From Candidatus Firestoneibacteriota bacterium (GTDB taxonomy: Bacteria > Oederibacteriota > D2-FULL-39-29 > JBBTED01), in the NCBI GenBank assembly GCA_038042445.1, contig JBBTED010000087.1:1-55773 (forward strand): 55,773 nt of DNA. Reading direction: 5' to 3'. How positions within the stretch are numbered: the first letter of the stretch is position 1; each line of letters starts with the position of its first letter. Position numbers and translations under genes: made by a program. Below, one piece after another: positions 49,807-55,773 of the stretch. The notes beneath the pieces are model-generated. The model worked only from the letters and a program-made list of their open reading frames with translations. It made no database searches and was not told the origin of the DNA.

Positions 49807-50841
49807 TTATACAACAAACGTAGCATCGCCGAAACTTAAGAATCTATAATGGTTTTTAATGGCTTCTTGATATGCATTTAACAAAAAATCTTTTCCTGCA
49901 AATGCACAGGTTAGAATTAAAACAGTGGATTTTGGAATATGAAAGTTAGTAATCATTGCATCAACTACTTTAAATTTATATCCGGGATAAATAAATAAGT
50001 TAGACCAATCTTTTTTATATTCAAGTTTTCCCTGTTGCACTGAAGATTCTAAAGTACGAACAGCAGAAGTTCCATTTGCAATAACTCTTCTACCTGATTT
50101 TTTTGCAGAATTTATTTCGTATGCAATCTCTTCAGTAATTTCATATTGTTCTTCATGCATTTTGTGATTTTCAATATCTTCAACTATTATTGGTTTAAAA
50201 GTTCCGTAACCTATATGCAAAGTTATCTCAAGAACTTTAACACCAATTTTTTTTACCTTATCTAATAGTTCTGGTGTCCAATGCAACCCAGCAGTTGGAG
50301 CTGCTATTGCACCATTATGTTTCGCATATGTTGTCTGATAATTGATTTTATCATCCTGCAAAACTTTTCTGTGCTTCATAATATATGGAGGCAATGGCAT
50401 CTCTCCAAATTTAGAAATTTCAGCAAATTCAGAAGATGATGCAAATTGAATATCCCAAGTTCCTGTTTCACTTCTTGCTATAACCGTTCCATAAATTGCA
50501 TTATTTCCAAATTGTATTTTATTTCCAATTTTAATTTTTTTGCCAGGCTTAAGCAGAGCTTCAAATATAATAGGAGCTTCACTTTTTTTCTTTAACAGCA
50601 GAATTTCTATTTTAGCTTTTTTTTCGTTTTCACCAAAAAATCTTGCAGGAACAACTTTTGTATTATTTAAAATCAGAACATCGCCTTTCCTAAAATATTT
50701 TCCGATTTCAAAAAAATTGCTGTGTTCTATTTTTTGTGAACACCTATCCAAAACCATAAGTTTTGCATTATCGCGTTTTTGAATAGGTTCAAGGGCTATT
50801 AATTCTTCAGGTAAGTTATAATCAAAATCAGAAAGCTTCAT
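49807..50841 (-). CDS. queA: SAM:tRNA ribosyltransferase-isomerase
   Basis: SDFDYNLPEELIA, MPLPPYI, YQT, AAPTAGLH, TLHIG.GTF, TNFH.P.ST, YRF.SFGDA. Confidence 0.95.
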   Translation of the reverse strand: MKLSDFDYNLPEELIALEPIQKRDNAKLMVLDRCSQKIEHSNFFEIGKYFRKGDVLILNNTKVVPARFFGENEKKAKIEILLLKKKSEAPIIFEALLKPGKKIKIGNKIQFGNNAIYGTVIARSETGTWDIQFASSSEFAEISKFGEMPLPPYIMKHRKVLQDDKINYQTTYAKHNGAIAAPTAGLHWTPELLDKVKKIGVKVLEITLHIGYGTFKPIIVEDIENHKMHEEQYEITEEIAYEINSAKKSGRRVIANGTSAVRTLESSVQQGKLEYKKDWSNLFIYPGYKFKVVDAMITNFHIPKSTVLILTCAFAGKDFLLNAYQEAIKNHYRFLSFGDATFVV

Positions 50842-52004
50842 TCTATTTTTGCTAATTTGGTTCCGGTATAATAATGTAGTAATATCTCTTTATAATCGTA
50901 TCCTTCTTTAGACATACCAACTGCTCCATCCTGGCACATACCAACTCCATGCCCCCATCCTCGTCCTTTAAATATAAATGAACCTAACCTTTCTTTTAAT
51001 GTAAAATAAGTGCTTTTTATAGTAGATGGACCCACAGCAAGCCTGAATTTATTACTATTTAAAATAGTTTTGCCTTTACTATGTATTATCTCTATTTCTT
51101 TAGACCTTCCTGAATCACTTGTAGATTTAATTTTTATTTCCTCAATTATTCCAACATTTATATTGCTATTATTCAAATTTCTTCTGATTTTATCTTTGCT
51201 GATTTCTGTTTCCCATGTGCTATGTGGAAAATCTGCGCAATATTTACAAGACACAGAAATTAAATATGGACAATCACCTGACCACACATTTTTATTAGTT
51301 TCTGTATGTCCTCCACAATTTGCAAAAAATGGTGTAGATATATTTTTACCGTTATATGTTAAGATTTCTCCACGTGTATCTTCAATAGCTTTATTTGTTG
51401 TCTCCCTCTCAGCACTAACACCATTATAAACTTGAGAAAAAACAGTATCCACTAATTGATAATCTTTATTTTGATTTCCCAACATTTGATAATGCGCAAA
51501 GGTACGTGCAGCTACAGCTTGTGATTTCAATGCCTCAGCAGGAGATTTACTTGAAATTTCACAAGGAACCACACCCTGCAAATATTCTTCCATATCAAGC
51601 TCATTTATCACAAGCAGATAATTTGAATTTCTCTTTATTATTATCCCAAACCTATAGCTTTTTTTATCGTTCACTGTAATAATAGAACTTATAATTTTAA
51701 AAGTATCTTTCTGATACTGACCAAATCTTATTTTAGAACCAGATACTGAAACATCCCAATTTCCACTTTTTCCTTCGTCAAGCTCCGATTTTCCTGAAAT
51801 AATTTTATATGGACTTTTTACTTTAATATTTATAGATTTTGCATTAGTAATTAGTGCAATCTTAACTATGTTTTTATTGTCTTTTCCTGTAGGGGCGGAT
51901 TTATCCGCCCAAACTACAGACTTCAGCGATAGGGCAGGTAAACCTGCCCCTACAGAAAAAATCACAAAAACAAAATATAAAATTATTTTTTTCTTAAAAA
52001 TCAT
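50838..52004 (-). CDS. SpoIID/LytB-domain exported protein
   Basis: INEL..EEYL.GVVP.E, EALKSQAVAARTFA, QVY.G, G.GWGHGVGMCQ.GA, IL.HYY. Confidence 0.9.
   Translation of the reverse strand: MIFKKKIILYFVFVIFSVGAGLPALSLKSVVWADKSAPTGKDNKNIVKIALITNAKSINIKVKSPYKIISGKSELDEGKSGNWDVSVSGSKIRFGQYQKDTFKIISSIITVNDKKSYRFGIIIKRNSNYLLVINELDMEEYLQGVVPCEISSKSPAEALKSQAVAARTFAHYQMLGNQNKDYQLVDTVFSQVYNGVSAERETTNKAIEDTRGEILTYNGKNISTPFFANCGGHTETNKNVWSGDCPYLISVSCKYCADFPHSTWETEISKDKIRRNLNNSNINVGIIEEIKIKSTSDSGRSKEIEIIHSKGKTILNSNKFRLAVGPSTIKSTYFTLKERLGSFIFKGRGWGHGVGMCQDGAVGMSKEGYDYKEILLHYYTGTKLAKIE
51887..51955. repeat. REPIN-like inverted REP pair in frame inside the spoIID-like gene
   Basis: GTAGGGGCGGATTTATCCGCCC-(21 nt)-GGGCAGGTAAACCTGCCCCTAC; 69 bp including the flanking CT/AG. 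Confidence 0.8.
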
Positions 52005-52570
52005 AGATTTAAATACCTTTCTTTTTCACTGTAAATACATCCACAGTATTTCTGATGATAAAGGTTATGTTCTTTTGAAATACATCTGCCTTGTTTATAA
52101 CCCACACGCCAATCTTCATAATAAAAATTCATACCAATTTCTTTGGCTATGCTTTCTGCTATTTCCTTTATTGCAATGTGCTGTTGATAAGGACTAACTA
52201 ACAAACTTGTGGTAAAATATTCATAAGACATTTTTTTTGCATAAATTCCAATTTTTTTTAGCCGAAGTTCATAGCAAAATTTACATCTGGCAATCTTACC
52301 ACCATTTTTCATTGCAAAACTTGCGTTTTCAAGAAAATCTTCAATCTCATATCCATTAGATTCAAAAATATTGTTTTTATCAGGGAATAATACATTTATA
52401 TTAATACTGTCAGCGTATAATTTTGCTGCATCCATTCTTTTAATATACTCAGTATAAGGATGAATGTTTGGATTATAAAAAATCCCTGTAATTTCAAAAC
52501 CCTTCTCTTTAAGTTTTAAAAGAGGATATGTAAAACAAGGAGCGCAACATAAATGAGCCAGTATTTTCAT
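52001..52570 (-). CDS. queH: Epoxyqueuosine reductase (DUF208)
   Basis: HLCCAPC, FYNPNIHP..EY..R, RC..C...RL, FTTSLL.SPYQ, Y.Q.YCGCIYS. Confidence 0.9.
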   Translation of the reverse strand: MKILAHLCCAPCFTYPLLKLKEKGFEITGIFYNPNIHPYTEYIKRMDAAKLYADSININVLFPDKNNIFESNGYEIEDFLENASFAMKNGGKIARCKFCYELRLKKIGIYAKKMSYEYFTTSLLVSPYQQHIAIKEIAESIAKEIGMNFYYEDWRVGYKQGRCISKEHNLYHQKYCGCIYSEKERYLNL

Positions 52571-52573
52571 ATA

Positions 52574-53374
52574 TCACTTGTTTACAACAGGATGAAACAA
52601 AGTACCTACTTCTTTGCCTGCGATAATATCAGTTAAACAATTAGGTAAATTTCCATTTGCTATAATCATTGGAATACCAGCATTAACAACACGTTTTGCA
52701 GCTGCAATTTTAGTAATCATTCCACCAGTTCCAACACATGTTCCTGAATCTGAACAATATTTTTCTATTTCATTAGTTATTTCTTTAACTTCATGAATAA
52801 GTTCTGCTTTTGCTTTATGTTTTCGCGGATCACAAGTATATAAACCATCAATATCTGAAAAAACAATTAAAAGATCTGCATCAATAAGTATTGCAACAGA
52901 TGCAGACAAATTATCATTATCACCAATTTTTATCTCATCAACAGCAGTAGTATCATTTTCATTAACAATAGGTATTACATTTTTCTTAAATGATGTTAAA
53001 AATGTATTTCTTGCGTTAGACTTCCTCTGAGACGATCCAAAATCGTCTTTAGTTAGTAATACCTGCCCAATTGTCTGGTGAAAATCAGAAAATATGTTTT
53101 CATAAGTATGCATAAGTATTATCTGACCAACTGAAGCAGCAGTTTGTTTAACTGAAATTGACATTTGCCTTGAAGTAAATCCTAATTTATGCATTCCAGC
53201 ACTAATAGCCCCTGAAGTAACTATTACTATATCTTTTTTCTCTTTACGAAGCGAAACAATCTCTCTTGCAATATTCTTTATTTTTTTAGCATCCAAACCA
53301 AAGCCCTGTTTTGAAAGTAAATTGCTTCCTAGTTTTATAACTATTCTTTTAACTTTTGATATGTTTTGACGCAT
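52574..53374 (-). CDS. proB: Glutamate 5-kinase (short form, no PUA domain)
   Basis: IVIKLGS, VTSGAI, ASVGQ, PIVNEND, GDNDNLSA, GTGGMITK. Confidence 0.93.
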   Translation of the reverse strand: MRQNISKVKRIVIKLGSNLLSKQGFGLDAKKIKNIAREIVSLRKEKKDIVIVTSGAISAGMHKLGFTSRQMSISVKQTAASVGQIILMHTYENIFSDFHQTIGQVLLTKDDFGSSQRKSNARNTFLTSFKKNVIPIVNENDTTAVDEIKIGDNDNLSASVAILIDADLLIVFSDIDGLYTCDPRKHKAKAELIHEVKEITNEIEKYCSDSGTCVGTGGMITKIAAAKRVVNAGIPMIIANGNLPNCLTDIIAGKEVGTLFHPVVNK

Positions 53375-53433
53375 AATATTAAATTTAAAACCTACATTAG
53401 TTCTACGTTTTTCGTTTTTAGCTTTGCATTATT

Positions 53434-54723
53434 TTATGGTTTATATTTTTGCACTAAATCATAATCAAACTCTTCATCCCCTACCTTTACAATATCACCA
53501 TATTTTATACCGTTATTTTTAAGCGCCTTGATCAACCCCATCTTATCAAATATAAACCACAATCGTTCTAATGCTTCTACATTTTCCATATCAGTCATAG
53601 CAACCCACTTTTTGGGCTCTTTACCATCAACATAATACACATTATTCTCTTTGTGAATTGTAAAACGCGGTTCATATTTGTAAAGTTTTGTTTCCTGTGC
53701 GATTTTAGGGATTTGTTTTTCTTTGGCTTTATTAACCTTTATAAATATTTTCACTATATGTTGCACTAATTCATTAACTCCTTTTCCTTCAATCGCTGAT
53801 ATTGGAAAAATTTTGTATTTTCGCTTAATATATTTCTTGAAAGTTAAAAAACGCTCTTTAGTATTTTTAAGGTCCATTTTATTTACTGCTATCACCTGTG
53901 GCAATTTTAATAATTTAGGATTATAAAGCTTTAGCTCATTCATTATTATCTGAAAATCCAAAATTGGATCTCTGTCAAAAGCACCCATATCAACTATATG
54001 CACTAAAATTTTTGTTCTTTCAATATGCCTTAAAAAATTATGCCCAAGACCTACACCATTATGCGCATTTTCAATTAAACCCGGCATATCTGCCCATACC
54101 AAATCAATTCCATCATCAAATTTAACAACTCCCAAATTAGGAGCTAAAGTAGTAAAAGGATAATTTGCAATTTTAGGATGCGCAGCAGATATCTTTGAGA
54201 GAAGTGTAGACTTGCCTGCATTAGGAAAACCTATTATTCCAACATCTGCTATTATTTTAAGTTCAATTTCAAGCCAACGTTTTTCACCAGGCTCTCCTTT
54301 TTCTGCCAATCTTGGAGCCTGCCTTATTGAATTAGTAAAAGAGGTATTACCCCTTCCACCTCTTCCACCTTTAGCAACTATAATACTTTTGCCATCTGAG
54401 TCCAAATCAGCAAGTATTTCTTTAGTTTCAAAATCTTTTATTATACTACCAGGCGGTACTTTTATAATCAAATCATCTGAATGCCTGCCAAACCTATTTG
54501 CACCTTTACCATGTTCACCATAATGTGCCACATATTTTGGCTTATAATGAAAATCTATAAGTGTACGTTTTGATTTATCAACTACTATTATTACATTTCC
54601 ACCTTTACCTCCATCTCCGCCATCAGGTCCACCAAAAGGTATAAATTTTTCGCGCCTGAAACTCACACACCCATTTCCGCCTGCACCCGCCTCTACAAAT
54701 ATTTTTGCTATATCAAGAATCAT
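53434..54723 (-). CDS. obgE: GTPase Obg/CgtA
   Basis: SFRREKF.P.GGPDGGDGG, GFPNAGKST, YPFTTL.PNLG, D.PG, NKMD. Confidence 0.96.
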   Translation of the reverse strand: MILDIAKIFVEAGAGGNGCVSFRREKFIPFGGPDGGDGGKGGNVIIVVDKSKRTLIDFHYKPKYVAHYGEHGKGANRFGRHSDDLIIKVPPGSIIKDFETKEILADLDSDGKSIIVAKGGRGGRGNTSFTNSIRQAPRLAEKGEPGEKRWLEIELKIIADVGIIGFPNAGKSTLLSKISAAHPKIANYPFTTLAPNLGVVKFDDGIDLVWADMPGLIENAHNGVGLGHNFLRHIERTKILVHIVDMGAFDRDPILDFQIIMNELKLYNPKLLKLPQVIAVNKMDLKNTKERFLTFKKYIKRKYKIFPISAIEGKGVNELVQHIVKIFIKVNKAKEKQIPKIAQETKLYKYEPRFTIHKENNVYYVDGKEPKKWVAMTDMENVEALERLWFIFDKMGLIKALKNNGIKYGDIVKVGDEEFDYDLVQKYKP

Positions 54724-54781
54724 AGTATTTAGATATCATAACACCTAACTAAAAGTCAATTATTTTAACTTCATTATTTCA

Positions 54782-55773
54782 CTACTTAACAAAATGTTTT
54801 AAATATTGCAAAGCTTCTGTTTTTGTTTTAACCTTTCCTTCTGCCTGAGCTTGAGTTACTGTTTCTAATAATTTACCGATAAGTGGACCGGAGATAAGTT
54901 TAAATTTTTTCATTATATCATTTCCGGAAATTATTTTAGCAGGTTTAACTATTTCCTTTTCCGAATAATAACTATCTATAAGCTGTGCAATAATTTCAAA
55001 ATGCCTGTGCATAGAACTCAAATCAGACTTCTCACCACGTGTAGCAAGCCTATCTGCTAAAGCTAACAAACATACATCAATTGCCTCGTCTTTTGTATCC
55101 CGAAAAAATTTATATATTGCGCGCTTTGTTATATATTTTGAATCACTTAAAAAACCTATTCTTAGATGTTCATGGACAATTTTTGATAATATTTTTTGTT
55201 CTTTTAAACTCAATTTTAAATTTTTAGCAATTACTTTGATTTTTTCAGCACCTAATTTTTCATGACCTACAAATTTTGTCTTTCCATCTTTATATGTTTT
55301 TGTTTCTGGTTTTCCAATATCATGAAGTAATCCAGCAAACTTAAGCAAGGTATATCGTGTTCTACCTTTAACTGGTTCTACACTTAAATGCTTTTCAATT
55401 TTTATTAACCACATTGAATCTATTTTTTCTATCTCTTTCAAAATATTGTCCAAAAAATCTACAGTTTCAAGGGAATGCCCCCAAACATCCAAATGGTGAT
55501 ATCCAGGCTGCTCAACACCTTTCATAGATTTTATTCCAGGTATAACTTTATCTAAAAGTTTCAACTTGTCTAATTTTTGGATATACAAATTGCTATTTTC
55601 AAGAATTAAAATTCTAAATAATTCATCTCTTATTCTTTCTTGTGAAATATCTGCAATTAAAGAACACTGTTTTTTAATCAACGTCTCAGTTTTTTTGCTT
55701 ATAGTAAAATTTAACTCACCAGCTATCCTAACAGCACGTATCATACGCAAAGCATCATCATTAAAAGCTTGTG
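54782..55773 (-). CDS. CCA-adding enzyme / poly(A) polymerase with HD domain; 5' part outside the window
   Basis: Frame is open to the edge (QAFNDDALRMIRAVR); SQERIRDE, HHLDVWGHS, LLHDIGKP, F.GHE. Confidence 0.9.
   Translation of the reverse strand, partial: QAFNDDALRMIRAVRIAGELNFTISKKTETLIKKQCSLIADISQERIRDELFRILILENSNLYIQKLDKLKLLDKVIPGIKSMKGVEQPGYHHLDVWGHSLETVDFLDNILKEIEKIDSMWLIKIEKHLSVEPVKGRTRYTLLKFAGLLHDIGKPETKTYKDGKTKFVGHEKLGAEKIKVIAKNLKLSLKEQKILSKIVHEHLRIGFLSDSKYITKRAIYKFFRDTKDEAIDVCLLALADRLATRGEKSDLSSMHRHFEIIAQLIDSYYSEKEIVKPAKIISGNDIMKKFKLISGPLIGKLLETVTQAQAEGKVKTKTEALQYLKHFVK

Noticed and set aside
49060..49938. Diversity-generating retroelement TR/VR pair
   Set aside because: The 12 mismatches are not adenine-specific on either copy or strand, and there is no reverse transcriptase in the window.
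2521..54523. Numerous 60-220-aa plus-strand ORFs (e.g. 18038-18697, 46721-47203)
   Set aside because: Antisense shadows of well-supported minus-strand genes.
1..55773. CRISPR array, tRNA/rRNA, cobalamin riboswitch near acsC or nrdJ, ANTAR twin-hairpin targets
   Set aside because: No regularly spaced repeat-spacer units or recognisable conserved RNA motifs were seen by eye; an Infernal scan would be needed to exclude them fully.

Overview
AT-rich chromosomal window from a diderm anaerobic bacterium, probably an uncultured lineage. The inference rests on two GT9 LPS heptosyltransferase-like genes, the corrinoid Fe-S protein subunit acsC with its RACo activator, and a B12-dependent NrdJ. Almost all genes lie on the minus strand. 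The core backbone includes pabB, aroE, wecC, moxR, mnmA, comF, msrAB, ABC-F, nrdJ with tandem NrdR boxes, queA, spoIID-like, queH, proB, obgE and a CCA/HD enzyme. It is interrupted by small accessory inserts: (1) a RadC(JAB)-adenine methyltransferase fusion with a decayed XRE gene and a DUF1016 nuclease; (2) a type III R-M pair; (3) three TA modules (RHH/PIN, AbiEi/AbiEii, RelE/ParE); (4) an atypical UDG-fold protein among orphan and decayed exported proteins. Other notable items are a ~1,720-aa SprA (T9SS translocon)-like outer-membrane protein, ~91%-identical duplications of core-gene fragments (queA, ABC-F) flanking two TA modules, several nested palindromic repeat families (two copies sit in frame inside proteins), and possible attC-like half-sites at accessory genes. 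No rRNA, tRNA, CRISPR array, integrase or transposase was seen. All calls come from motif recognition by eye; no database searches were run.
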